Notes: generated by a model from the letters alone, not told the origin. DNA of 64,000 nt from a virus (IMGVR_UViG_3300017700_000931:32001-96000); one strand, 5' to 3'; counted from the first letter of the stretch, positions 1 through 9,241 are shown. Numbers and translations: made by a program.

Positions 1-42
1 ATTCTTAACGCTGGTTTCTGTTTTTGTACTTGTGTTTCTCAT
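1..42 (-). CDS. hypothetical protein, N-terminus only (runs off window)
   Basis: ATG at 42 (MRNTSTKTETSVKN) downstream of TAATTTTG box at 72-79. Confidence 0.5.
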   Translation of the reverse strand, partial: MRNTSTKTETSVKN

Positions 43-129
43 GTTACTTTAGTTTTATTTAGATTATACCGCAAAATTATCAAGTAATTTCCAATACCAC
101 AAGGGTTTTAACTAAAATAATTAATTTTG

Positions 130-218
130 TAGGGGTGGTGGGACTCGAACCCACAGGTGTATCTTACGTTTGCCGTGAATTTTAAGCCCACCGCCTTTGC
201 CAATTTGACCACACCCCC
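130..218 (-). tRNA. tRNA-Leu(UAA)
   Basis: Cloverleaf; anticodon arm GTGGG-CTTAAAA-TTCAC; long variable arm; TTCGAGT T-loop; no encoded CCA. Confidence 0.9.
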
Positions 219-227
219 ATTTAATAG

Positions 228-298
228 TAGCCCCAGATGGAATCGAACCATCGCTTTCTCCACGTCAAGGAGATATACTCCCATTATATTATGGGGCC
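228..298 (-). tRNA. tRNA-Val(GAC)
   Basis: TCTCC-TTGACGT-GGAGA anticodon arm; TTCGATT T-loop. Confidence 0.9.
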
Positions 299-303
299 AT
301 TTG

Positions 304-389
304 TAGCGGGAGGTGGATTCGAACCACCGCAAGCCTTCTTAGGGTCTCTAGGTTATGAGCCTAGCGAGTTACCACTTCTCCATCCCGCA
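304..389 (-). tRNA. tRNA-Met(CAU), initiator-like, with long variable region
   Basis: CTAGG-CTCATAA-CCTAG; U1:U72 mismatch; 17-nt variable region. Confidence 0.8.
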
Positions 390-394
390 ATTTG

Positions 395-478
395 TACCGA
401 AGGTGGGATTCGAACCCACACGCCCTTTCGGACACTGGTTTCTAAAACCAGCACGTCTAACCGTTCCATCACTTCGGC
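395..478 (-). tRNA. tRNA-Leu(UAG)
   Basis: CTGGT-TTTAGAA-ACCAG; long variable arm. Confidence 0.9.
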
Positions 479-484
479 ATATTG

Positions 485-572
485 TACCCCTACTCAGACT
501 CGAACTGAGAACGTTTCTTATGTTTTCCACGGCTTCTTAGACCGTAAGCTTTACCAGTTTGCTCATAAGGGC
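485..572 (-). tRNA. tRNA-Leu(AAG)
   Basis: ACGGT-CTAAGAA-GCCGT; long variable arm; A34. Confidence 0.85.
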
Positions 573-628
573 ATGTTCGGGCTACTATTCATTCGTCAAT
601 ACCGCCCGACCGTATTGATTCCAAATTG

Positions 629-714
629 TTGCAAAGGTAGGACTCGAACCTACAATTGGGTTTGCGACCCTCTCCCTCTCCGGGAGATGCGTATACCGAT
701 TCCGCCACATTGCA
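629..714 (-). tRNA. tRNA-Leu(GAG), non-canonical G33
   Basis: TCTCC-CGGAGAG-GGAGA; long variable arm GGGT-CGCAA-ACCC. Confidence 0.8.
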
Positions 715-741
715 AGGATACTTGTACTTCGTATCCCTTTG

Positions 742-827
742 TAGCCGAGGCGGGACTCGAACCCGCACGGGCATTTCTGCCCACCGGATTTTAAGTCCGG
801 CGTGTCTACCAATTCCACCACTCGGCC
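742..827 (-). tRNA. tRNA-Leu(UAA)
   Basis: CCGGA-CTTAAAA-TCCGG; canonical Leu D-arm. Confidence 0.95.
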
Positions 828-835
828 ATCAGTTG

Positions 836-916
836 TAGGGGCGGTGGGATTCGAACCCACATGCTCTAGGCGGTAGCTTTTGAAACTACTGCGTCTGCCA
901 ATTCCGCCACGCCCCC
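836..916 (-). tRNA. tRNA-Leu(CAA)
   Basis: GTAGT-TTCAAAA-GCTAC; long variable arm. Confidence 0.9.
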
Positions 917-923
917 ATTTATG

Positions 924-995
924 TACCCTCGACTGGAATCGAACCAGTGCTTTCTGCATGTAAAACAAACGTGACTACCATTACACCACGAAGGC
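924..995 (-). tRNA. tRNA-Val(UAC)
   Basis: TTTGT-TTTACAT-GCAGA; TTCGATT T-loop. Confidence 0.85.
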
Positions 996-997
996 AA

Positions 998-1204
998 TTA
1001 TATTCTATCAAAGTATTTAATCCAAACATCTAAATCCTCAAGTTCTATTTTAGTCAATTTACCAACACTACCTCTAATCGTATGTGATATTTTCAAATCA
1101 CCATTTTCAATCGTAATGAATGTAAATCCCCTAGTCCACCCTTTTGCATCAGTGACGAAGTTTCTCATTTTAAACATCAACTCCAATTCATTAGTGCGTT
1201 CCAT
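998..1204 (-). CDS. hypothetical protein inside tRNA cluster
   Basis: ATG at 1204 (MERTNELE...), fills gap between two tRNA-Val genes. Confidence 0.55.
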   Translation of the reverse strand: MERTNELELMFKMRNFVTDAKGWTRGFTFITIENGDLKISHTIRGSVGKLTKIELEDLDVWIKYFDRI

Positions 1205-1223
1205 AACCGGATTAATTACTATG

Positions 1224-1295
1224 TTGGAGCAGAGGGATTCGAACCCCCGACCTAGTGCATGTAACACACCAACTCTACCGCTGAGCTATACTCCA
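1224..1295 (-). tRNA. tRNA-Val(UAC)
   Basis: GGTGT-GTTACAT-GCACT; canonical D and T arms. Confidence 0.85.
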
Positions 1296-1330
1296 ATTTG
1301 ATAGGAATTACAACCTATCGTATTATTTTG

Positions 1331-1416
1331 AGCATGTGATAGGATTCGAACCTATGATGAGGGTTGCCCCATACGGTTTTGCAGACCGTTGCCTTCGACC
1401 ACTCGACCACACATGC
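1331..1416 (-). tRNA. tRNA-Cys(GCA) with long variable arm
   Basis: ACGGT-CTGCAAA-ACCGT; U73; variable hairpin GGG-GCAA-CCC. Confidence 0.85.
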
Positions 1417-1430
1417 ATTTTATTTTGGTC

Positions 1431-1464
1431 AAAAAAAAAGCTCGAACTTTTTGAGTTCGAGCTT
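1431..1464 (-). terminator. intrinsic terminator of attenuator 1
   Basis: AAGCTCGAAC-TCAAAAA-GTTCGAGCTT followed by a U-run. Confidence 0.85.
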
Positions 1465-1488
1465 GAATATCTTTGGTATTAATCTTTA

Positions 1489-1581
1489 TTAACTTCCAAT
1501 CACATAGACATAGCTCGAACACTCTAACACCAATAGGCATAAGACTGAGTTAAGGAGCACTATGTTTACAAAATTGTTCAT
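1489..1581 (-). CDS. leader peptide 1 (MNNFVNIVLLNSVLCLLVLECSSYVYVIGS), Leu/Val/Cys-rich
   Basis: 30 codons between promoter and terminator; contains GTTCGAGCT (1512-1520), complementary to the terminator 5' strand. Confidence 0.8.
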   Translation of the reverse strand: MNNFVNIVLLNSVLCLLVLECSSYVYVIGS

Positions 1582-1596
1582 TGAAGATTTCTACGT

Positions 1597-1653
1597 TTTA
1601 TTATTAAATATATCACAAAGATACTAATGTTATTTGAATTAGCAATGATTTTT
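1597..1653 (-). promoter_or_regulatory. tRNA-cluster promoter, copy 1 of a 57-bp identical repeat
   Basis: Identical to 26496-26552; contains TATCTTTG (Bacteroidota -7 box) at 1616-1623 and an upstream TTG. Confidence 0.85.
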
Positions 1654-1704
1654 ATAAATTATTTTTAAAATATTTTTTAATCGATTGATTTTGTGATATT
1701 TAAC

Positions 1705-1929
1705 TCATGATAAATTAACTGATAATTCTCCATTATTAAACCAACTTTCGGTATAAGTGATACTATAGTCGGTTAATGTTTTACCTACAATTCTTTTCAT
1801 TTCATCACTATTACCTGTGATAATGATTACCGATTTGGAGCCACCCATCAGGTGGTATCCAATGAATTTATCTACCTCTCTGGATACATCCGCATGTTTT
1901 ATACCATGTAAATCTAAACTATTTTTCAT
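1705..1929 (-). CDS. stand-alone Smr-domain protein
   Basis: LDLHG ... IITGNS motifs. Confidence 0.75.
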   Translation of the reverse strand: MKNSLDLHGIKHADVSREVDKFIGYHLMGGSKSVIIITGNSDEMKRIVGKTLTDYSITYTESWFNNGELSVNLS

Positions 1930-2386
1930 TATTAATTTTTTTCAATATGTTAAGTACATTTATTACTGTTGCTTCATTATTGGTTTTGGAACCTAGCCAT
2001 AATAAATATCTTTTCATCTCATCTAATTCTAATAATGTAAGTTTACTAAGCCACTTACCTTTAAATTTACCAGTTATAAATGTGTAATCATCAGATACTT
2101 TCCTAATGACACCACATCTAGGATTTTTATTTGTATTTCTTATTGAGACCGGATGGATTAATTTACTACCTTCCAATTTTTTACACTCAATAACATACCT
2201 GTTACCCTTTCTTAGGGTTATTGTATCAAAAATTTTAGCACGGTTGGAGTGATATTCACCTGACATGTCTTCTCCGGCATCATTTCTCACACCGGACCAC
2301 ATCATTTGTAAATCACCAACAAAGTTATCTGATTTTTTTGGTTCTAAGTCTTTTAAACCATTAAATGTTGCATACAATCTAATCAT
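1919..2386 (-). CDS. hypothetical protein
   Basis: 155-aa ORF overlapping neighbours in an operon. Confidence 0.65.
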   Translation of the reverse strand: MIRLYATFNGLKDLEPKKSDNFVGDLQMMWSGVRNDAGEDMSGEYHSNRAKIFDTITLRKGNRYVIECKKLEGSKLIHPVSIRNTNKNPRCGVIRKVSDDYTFITGKFKGKWLSKLTLLELDEMKRYLLWLGSKTNNEATVINVLNILKKINNEK

Positions 2387-2906
2387 TTATTGGTCCCTCA
2401 TATTTTTCATCAGAATATTTAGATGATGTCACACAATCATAATCCATATCCCATGATGTTATTACAAAATTAAGTGATAAACACACAACACCATCGATAA
2501 TTTCTCTCCTTGCATGAAAATGACCTCGTCTATAATCAGAATGGCCATAATCATTTTCTTCCCACGTAGAAATTTCATTTAATAAATCACTAGCCGTTTC
2601 TTTTAAACGTTCTATAGATGTGATATCAATAATTCTGTTATGGTATCTATTAGAAAATGCCTCATAGTATTTTTTTATTAAATCAAAATCCATGTCTTCT
2701 AAAATCCAATGAATTTGTTCTTTAGTTGACATTTGTGGTAAAGTCAATAATGGCCTGTTTTTTAATTCAGTTGTTATCCGGCTTATTAATTCCTTATCTA
2801 GATTGGGTTTAGTAAGTTCTGAATGTAACTTAGTTTGTAAACCTTTATATGTGTACGTTGGGAATTCCATTGAGGCAAAATTACGTAATTTTTTATTAGT
2901 CTGCAA
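2379..2906 (-). CDS. hypothetical protein (start uncertain)
   Basis: ORF track; operon context. Confidence 0.55.
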   Translation of the reverse strand: MQTNKKLRNFASMEFPTYTYKGLQTKLHSELTKPNLDKELISRITTELKNRPLLTLPQMSTKEQIHWILEDMDFDLIKKYYEAFSNRYHNRIIDITSIERLKETASDLLNEISTWEENDYGHSDYRRGHFHARREIIDGVVCLSLNFVITSWDMDYDCVTSSKYSDEKYEGPIND

Positions 2907-2907
2907 T

Positions 2908-2937
2908 AAAAAAAGCCATACTTTTGGTATGGCTTTT
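2908..2937 (-). terminator. intrinsic terminator
   Basis: AAAAGCCATAC-loop-GTATGGCTTTT inverted repeat with U-run. Confidence 0.7.
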
Positions 2938-2959
2938 ACTTGTAAAAAATTTTTGAAAA

Positions 2960-3586
2960 TTATCTTTTACCATCTGCTTGTACTGTGATGCTTTGACCAC
3001 CTCTAGCTTGAGCTTCTTGAACTCTTGCTTCTCTATCAGCAGTGATTTGAGATTTGTAATCGTTAATTTGATTAACGTAAGAATCAATTTTATCTTTAGC
3101 TGTTGACAATTCTGCCTTCATTGTTGCAGAAGCAGCAGCAAATTCCAATTCTTTTGCTCTGATTTCTCCATTATGTCTTGCTGTGATAATAGCGATAGCT
3201 TTTTCAGTTTCAGCTTTAACATTTTTATCAAATGATGTTTTAGTAGATTCCAATTCACTCTTTAGTGAAGCTAGTTCACTAGCATCAATTGATACTTTAC
3301 CTTCTGATTTTAAGATTTCGTTTACCAATGAAGAAGCAGATTCTTTTGCTCTCAATTTAAGGTCTGCTTGCATTTCTCTTTCCTTTTCAGTGAAATTAAC
3401 ACTCAATTTCTCAAGTTCCGCTTGTTTTAATTCAATGTTTGTCACTAAATCTTCATATGATTCATTAGTTGCTTGTAAATCTGAAACGATTTTTGCTAAT
3501 GCTTCTGTTGCTTTGTTAATTTTTTGTGTACTAGCTTGTGCGATGCTGGTTACTTTGTTTATTTCATTACTTCCTTTTGTTGCCAT
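2960..3586 (-). CDS. coiled-coil hypothetical protein
   Basis: 208-aa heptad-rich ORF; TATCTTTG box at 3629-3636. Confidence 0.7.
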   Translation of the reverse strand: MATKGSNEINKVTSIAQASTQKINKATEALAKIVSDLQATNESYEDLVTNIELKQAELEKLSVNFTEKEREMQADLKLRAKESASSLVNEILKSEGKVSIDASELASLKSELESTKTSFDKNVKAETEKAIAIITARHNGEIRAKELEFAAASATMKAELSTAKDKIDSYVNQINDYKSQITADREARVQEAQARGGQSITVQADGKR

Positions 3587-3810
3587 TTTAATTTTTTTAA
3601 GGCTTTGTTATGGTTTTTATTTCTAGTACAAAGATACGAAGAAACCTAGATATAGGCAAGGGTTTTTCGAACTTTTTTTTATTTTTTTTAAAGTATTTCA
3701 GTACTGATTATCAGTACTTTATGTATTTTTAATGAAAATATTTTTAATATATTAAAATAGGTCGACATTAGTCCTAAATGTTATAGTGGTGATTGAGATA
3801 TTTATAACAT

Positions 3811-4551
3811 ATGAAGCTAGTGAAATTATATGAAAGTGTTATAAAAGAAGGTCAAGTTGAGTCTTGTATTTCACAATTTGGTATGGAATTATTTTCGCCG
3901 GAATTCGGTGGTGATGAACCTAACACCGAATTAGAAAATGATTATATTGAATTAATTCATAAATTCTCTGGCAAACCACAAGGTACTAGAATCGATACTA
4001 ATATGTATAATATGGCCAACAAATTAAAAACGTGTGTTTCATATTATCCTGATATTCTTCAATCGAGAGGTTACGCTTTTAGAGGTATTAAGATTTCTAT
4101 TGCTGACTTCTTAAAATCATTCCCAGAAATAAAAGAAAGAATTAGAATGGGGCAACCATTTCAAATGGTTTATAATGCTAAAACACCGATACAAAGTTGG
4201 GGTGATGATGAGGATTCAGCTAATGATGATTTTGGGTATCGTGGGACTAGTATTGCTTCAGTATTAGATAAATTTGATGCTGCTAGAAAATCTGGAACAC
4301 TAAATGAATTCATTCAACATATAATTCACCATAATTTGGATACTGAGATTCCAATCATGATTAAATACAGAATCCAAGCTGATGATTTTATTTTCAAAGG
4401 TAAGTATTTTAATTACCTATCCAATAATGATAATAACGAAATTCTAAGAATTGATAATCGCCCAATAGAAGTATTGGCTAAGGTTAGTCCGATGGAATTT
4501 TCAACAAAATTATTTGATTTATTACAAATACTTTCTAGTTCAAAGTATTAA
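3811..4551 (+). CDS. hypothetical protein, possibly virion-associated; weak ADP-ribosyltransferase-like motifs
   Basis: ATATTTATA at 3798; N-terminal LYE/IKE; AFRG..QSW..NEI spacing. Confidence 0.55.
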   Translation: MKLVKLYESVIKEGQVESCISQFGMELFSPEFGGDEPNTELENDYIELIHKFSGKPQGTRIDTNMYNMANKLKTCVSYYPDILQSRGYAFRGIKISIADFLKSFPEIKERIRMGQPFQMVYNAKTPIQSWGDDEDSANDDFGYRGTSIASVLDKFDAARKSGTLNEFIQHIIHHNLDTEIPIMIKYRIQADDFIFKGKYFNYLSNNDNNEILRIDNRPIEVLAKVSPMEFSTKLFDLLQILSSSKY

Positions 4552-4786
4552 CTTCTATTAGAATACCTAGAATTCCACCCATATCGGTGGCATGAAACAT
4601 TAGTTTCTCTCCAAAATGTTTATGCAACGATTCTTTGATTTTTGTACCATCACAATTTGGTTTTAATTGAAATTTTATTTCTTTATCAGTCACATTTTCA
4701 TCATCATCGAAAGTTATTTCGTCAATCCCATATTTACTTTTCAAGTAAGCAGCAATTTCTATATGCAATTCTTGTATCTCTGTCAT
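4535..4786 (-). CDS. hypothetical protein
   Basis: ATG at 4786; ATATTTAT motif upstream. Confidence 0.55.
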   Translation of the reverse strand: MTEIQELHIEIAAYLKSKYGIDEITFDDDENVTDKEIKFQLKPNCDGTKIKESLHKHFGEKLMFHATDMGGILGILIEVNTLN

Positions 4787-4844
4787 ATCAATAAAGTTAT
4801 ATATAAATATTGACAAACACAACCAAAAGAACTATAATTATCAA

Positions 4845-5156
4845 ATGGGAACAGTATACTTACTAAATGCTTGGGGGACCAATAAATACAAGATTGGGTT
4901 CACAAAAAGGGATATCAATTTAAGAATTAAACAATTACAAACTGGTTGCCCGGATGAAATTGTTTTAGCTAGAAAATATGAATGTGAAAATTATCAAAAA
5001 GTAGAAAAATGGCTCCATAAACAACATAGCTCCAAACGTGTTGAAGGTGAGTGGTTTTTACTGGAGGATGCTGATGTTTATAGTTTTATAAACGATTGTG
5101 ATAAGATTCATACCACAATAAAGTTATTAATCGAAGACAATCCTTTTTATAAATAA
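4845..5156 (+). CDS. GIY-YIG/T5orf172-family nuclease
   Basis: VYLL...YKIGFT...RIKQLQTG...GEWF pattern. Confidence 0.8.
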   Translation: MGTVYLLNAWGTNKYKIGFTKRDINLRIKQLQTGCPDEIVLARKYECENYQKVEKWLHKQHSSKRVEGEWFLLEDADVYSFINDCDKIHTTIKLLIEDNPFYK

Positions 5157-5183
5157 AAATGGGACCCACTGGGTCCCATTTTA

Positions 5184-6185
5184 TTATGTTAGAAATTCTT
5201 TATAAAAAAATTCAAACTTTTCATAAATTTTATCAGTGGTTTCATCCAAAAGAAATTTATCATATTCTTCTGAGGAACCAAAGTAATCTTTAAACGAAGT
5301 TAGAGCTCTACCCAATTCTTTACCCTTAATACCATAACGTCTCATGATAACATCACCACTAAACTTTGACTTAATGTAAAGTTTTTTACATTCCAAGTAT
5401 TCTAATTCACGCATTTTCTCAGTCATTCTGGCTTCTGGGAAAAATTTATTTGCCCTAGCTACTGAAATTGCTTTGTCTTCGAATTCATAAGACTTGTCCG
5501 AATAGTGTTCAGCAATGTATGTCAAAAATGACATGTATGATTTTCTTTTAATATTTCGCTCACGATTTATTTTATTCAAATTTTTCAATTCAAACATTTC
5601 GGCATCGAAATATTGATTTTTAATTACGTATTCGAATATATCTTCAAGTGTAGAAAAACCTTTTTGCCACTCTGAATAATCAAATCCTAAGAATTCAAAT
5701 ATCTTAGGATAATCCTTAGAAATCATTACTGAACCAATTTTTTGGTCTTTAAAGTAATGGTTATACCATAAACCTTCTTGACCATATTTTAATCCAAGCT
5801 TCTGAGCAATTCTACCAATAAAATTACCTAGGTCATTAAACGCCAAGTAATGATAATTGGAATCAAAGTCTGCTGCGGAACAAGTAATTAAATCAACTTG
5901 AATTTCTTTATAATCAAATGACCAAGCATTACCATTATGAAAAATTTCATTAGGCATGAATGTCTGGGTAATATATGAATGCATATTCCCAAAAACATTT
6001 GAATTATCATCCATAGAGATGATGATATCAATATCACCAAAACTTTCCTTTGTTGAATAAAATAAAGGTACTTCAACTCTTTTGAAAGTTTGTCTAAGAA
6101 TGTTAACTAGCTTATCTGAAGCCACATCAAATTCTTCTCTAGAATAACGTCTAGTATATGTTGACTTTAATGCTAATCCACCCAT
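5184..6185 (-). CDS. Pol-beta-superfamily nucleotidyltransferase-like protein
   Basis: KESFGDIDII motif and downstream QVDLI; GLKYGQEGL. Confidence 0.65.
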   Translation of the reverse strand: MGGLALKSTYTRRYSREEFDVASDKLVNILRQTFKRVEVPLFYSTKESFGDIDIIISMDDNSNVFGNMHSYITQTFMPNEIFHNGNAWSFDYKEIQVDLITCSAADFDSNYHYLAFNDLGNFIGRIAQKLGLKYGQEGLWYNHYFKDQKIGSVMISKDYPKIFEFLGFDYSEWQKGFSTLEDIFEYVIKNQYFDAEMFELKNLNKINRERNIKRKSYMSFLTYIAEHYSDKSYEFEDKAISVARANKFFPEARMTEKMRELEYLECKKLYIKSKFSGDVIMRRYGIKGKELGRALTSFKDYFGSSEEYDKFLLDETTDKIYEKFEFFYKEFLT

Positions 6186-6186
6186 T

Positions 6187-7755
6187 TTATTTTCTGTTAG
6201 TTTCCATATAACGGAATACATCCGCAACTTTTTGCATTACTGCTCGGTGTTCTTCATTACCACCTTTAGTAGAGAACAATTCTTTACCCAAAATTTGTAA
6301 TGCATCACTAACACTATCGTGTTGTTTGATTGCTCTACATTCAGCAAATTTAATTTGTTTTTTATACGAATCCGCAGCTGAAACAATATCTTCATTACTG
6401 ATTTGATTCCCTTGTCTGTGAATCATGTATGCTTTTGCTTTATCGATTACCTCAGAAGCGAAAGCCGGAACAATACCACACAATGAGTTAATTGCAGCAG
6501 TATGGTCACCTTCAACCATTAATGACTTACCTTCTTTATCAACAACCAATTTATCGATAAATTGTTTTGCTGTTTCTTCATCCAAAACACCAAAGTTAAT
6601 TAATGAACCAATACGTTTACCTCTTAAGAATGTTGGCTCAATTACTTCAATGTGATTTGTCGTAAAGATTGAGATGATTGGGAGATTTTTAGTGTCTCCG
6701 CCATCAAGAGTATTTACAATTTCTTGAATTTTTTCACCACGCTCTCCTCGAAGAACTTGGTCAATATCTTCAGTAAACAAAATAACTCCATTACCATTTC
6801 TGGCATAGTTTTCAGCAATTTTCAAAGCCTTAGCTGAATGTTTACATTCTTTAACATAAATGAAGGTCCAACCAAACTCTCTGGCAATTTTACCAAGCCA
6901 AAAAGCGGTTAAGGTTTTACCAGTACCATAGATACCTTCCATTAGTACTCCCAATTTTATATCAAGACCTTCTTTGCGGCATTTTTCAGTTTCCTTGATT
7001 CTGGCTAGAATCGGAATAAGACCATCAAGGATGTCTTTTGAAAATAAAATTTTATTTTCATCGATAGTTGATAAATCCATGAAACTTGGTTCATTAGCAT
7101 AGTCATCGTCATCAAACTCAAGTTCAATTGCTTGAGCTAAATACAATGCTTCTTTCGCTAATATCTCGTTAGTCATATCAATGACTTTTCTGATGTCTGG
7201 TTCGAATTTTTTTCTGATTCGAGCATGAACTGTTATAGTAGTATCCTCATAATCATAATCAAGGTCGATATAACACTCATCATCAAAACCCGGAAGTTGA
7301 ATTCGTCCCCACGGAACTTTTACTTCTTCTCCATTTGGTAATGAAACACTGATTAATTCAGGAATTTTATCACCAGACATACCACCAGTACTAGTTTGGT
7401 TAAAAACACCCAAAACCTTTTCAACTGCTTTTGAAATAGCATATGCTCCTTCATGTTGAAAACATTTTAATTCATAATGAATTTCAACTAGTTGTTTTGT
7501 TGCATGAATTTTATCATTCATGAACTTTAAAGCATATTCAAAACCTTTTTCTTGGGCTAGACCAACCATTTCGGTTAACTCTGCTTCATTCATTTCCGTT
7601 TGAGTTGGTTTGAACATGTCTGTATTGACAGTAGATTCCTCTGTTTCATTTTCTACAGATGTTTCAGAACCCAATTTTTTAATCGGATTTGATTTTTCAG
7701 AAATGCTAGTTTCACCAGCGTTTTTTTCTTTTGTAAGTTCGTTCGTGTTAGCCAT
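6187..7755 (-). CDS. AAA+ ATPase
   Basis: Walker A GIYGTGKT, Walker B-like LFTEDID, TTN sensor, RGKR finger. Confidence 0.85.
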   Translation of the reverse strand: MANTNELTKEKNAGETSISEKSNPIKKLGSETSVENETEESTVNTDMFKPTQTEMNEAELTEMVGLAQEKGFEYALKFMNDKIHATKQLVEIHYELKCFQHEGAYAISKAVEKVLGVFNQTSTGGMSGDKIPELISVSLPNGEEVKVPWGRIQLPGFDDECYIDLDYDYEDTTITVHARIRKKFEPDIRKVIDMTNEILAKEALYLAQAIELEFDDDDYANEPSFMDLSTIDENKILFSKDILDGLIPILARIKETEKCRKEGLDIKLGVLMEGIYGTGKTLTAFWLGKIAREFGWTFIYVKECKHSAKALKIAENYARNGNGVILFTEDIDQVLRGERGEKIQEIVNTLDGGDTKNLPIISIFTTNHIEVIEPTFLRGKRIGSLINFGVLDEETAKQFIDKLVVDKEGKSLMVEGDHTAAINSLCGIVPAFASEVIDKAKAYMIHRQGNQISNEDIVSAADSYKKQIKFAECRAIKQHDSVSDALQILGKELFSTKGGNEEHRAVMQKVADVFRYMETNRK

Positions 7756-8014
7756 TTTTTAGTTCTTGAGCTTGTTTGTATAAAAATTCCATTTGTTTTT
7801 TCGTGTCAGTTAAACAATCAATTCTAACTTTTTTATCAGGACACGTTCTGATATTAGAATCACCAAATTTATATCTAGTTATTGTTTTTTTCTTTAAAAA
7901 ATTATCAATCTGAGTAAGTGTTCCGGTTAAGCCTTTACAAGTGATAAGGATTTCACCATCTACTTTAGTAAAAGTGATTGGGTAACCACCAAAAGTTAAT
8001 TCTTGATTATCCAT
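7748..8014 (-). CDS. hypothetical protein
   Basis: ORF with TACATTTG box at 8019-8026. Confidence 0.6.
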   Translation of the reverse strand: MDNQELTFGGYPITFTKVDGEILITCKGLTGTLTQIDNFLKKKTITRYKFGDSNIRTCPDKKVRIDCLTDTKKQMEFLYKQAQELKNG

Positions 8015-8067
8015 AGTGCAAATGTATAAATAATATTTCGATAATCCAAATTATTTTCGAAAATAAT

Positions 8068-8673
8068 TTAAAATTTAATTAAACCACCATTAATTAAACC
8101 AATAATATATTGAGAGTGTTGCAGATTCATTTTTTTTGCTGTAGTGGCTCCGGCATCATTTTTTACTTCTGGTTTTCTATCTACTGCACTACCAATAGTC
8201 ATGTGCATACCAAAATGTGGTTTGCCTAATCCTAATTCGCTTCTTATTGCTTGTAGTTCACCCCTTTCATTATGAGGAATTATTAACCACCAATGAAGTC
8301 CGTTATCGGAAAATCGTGGCTTAATATCTAAAACAATTTTTATTTCTTTTTTGTGCCACTTAGCTTTAACCTTATCCCAATTACCATTCATATCACTAAC
8401 ATGGTCATTAATGAATGAAATATGTGTACCTCTAAGTGGTTTAGTCAATTCTAGTCCAAATCTTTTTTTTATGAACCAAGCATAATACTCAGTAGTATCA
8501 TCCTTAATAATAACCATAGCTAATCTTTTCCAAGATGATTGGGATTTGTGTTTGTTTGTTTTATCATCTGGGTCAAAATAAATTTTGCCTGTTAATGTTA
8601 TTGTATCCATATCCTTCATAATTTGGAGGGGCAATTGGTGGTTGAATGTTGTGTCTATTTTCTTCTTTTTCAA
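8068..8673 (-). CDS. 2H phosphoesterase-like protein
   Basis: Two HxS/T motifs: HISF and HMTI. Confidence 0.6.
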   Translation of the reverse strand: MKKKKIDTTFNHQLPLQIMKDMDTITLTGKIYFDPDDKTNKHKSQSSWKRLAMVIIKDDTTEYYAWFIKKRFGLELTKPLRGTHISFINDHVSDMNGNWDKVKAKWHKKEIKIVLDIKPRFSDNGLHWWLIIPHNERGELQAIRSELGLGKPHFGMHMTIGSAVDRKPEVKNDAGATTAKKMNLQHSQYIIGLINGGLIKF

Positions 8674-9205
8674 TAAATCGTATTCTAGTTCTAAATGTTG
8701 CTGGGTCTACTAATCTAATCGTTTGATAACCCAACATATCCATTGTGCCAATAACATCATCTAGGTTTGAACAATTAGATAATGAAAATCTTGCTGTTTC
8801 ATTATCCAAATGATTAGATAATTGCATTATCATAACCCTAACTAATTCATCTAAACCATATGGTCCTAGTGAATCAAAATCACTGGCGAATTCAACATTA
8901 ATTGTTTTACCACGAGGATACTTATCCCAAGCACCATCATGCTTAGTGTAACCATATAATTTTAACCATTCAGCAATAACTAAATTAATAAGACTTGCAC
9001 CAAAAGGATAAAATAATTTTAATTCTTCTTCGATTTGAATACCTAAAACTAATTCATCAGACCATTTATCTTTTATAATAAAATCTTTAGGGATTACAAC
9101 TCGGCTATTATTGTAATCATCCTTTTGGCTTACAACATAATTTTTAACTAGATAATCAAAAACTAATGTTTGCTTGTGAAATAAATCATCTAAATTATTT
9201 TTCAT
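8573..9205 (-). CDS. hypothetical protein
   Basis: ORF, ATG at 9205. Confidence 0.6.
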   Translation of the reverse strand: MKNNLDDLFHKQTLVFDYLVKNYVVSQKDDYNNSRVVIPKDFIIKDKWSDELVLGIQIEEELKLFYPFGASLINLVIAEWLKLYGYTKHDGAWDKYPRGKTINVEFASDFDSLGPYGLDELVRVMIMQLSNHLDNETARFSLSNCSNLDDVIGTMDMLGYQTIRLVDPATFRTRIRFIEKEENRHNIQPPIAPPNYEGYGYNNINRQNLF

Positions 9206-9241
9206 ACACAACCCTATGAAAAATAATTTATTAAGTCAAGA

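Noticed and set aside
577-609. Minihelix TCGGGC/GCCCGA between Leu tRNAs
   Set aside because: It is too short and has no convincing T-loop; it may be a tRNA remnant.
108-968. ORF-track entries 108-332, 237-794, 355-540, 585-968, 589-774, 656-838
   Set aside because: They are read-throughs of GC-richer tRNA genes on either strand with no protein motifs.
1352-1540. 62-aa ORF crossing attenuator 1
   Set aside because: It is a different frame running through the terminator into tRNA-Cys. The 1489-1581 frame explains the region better.
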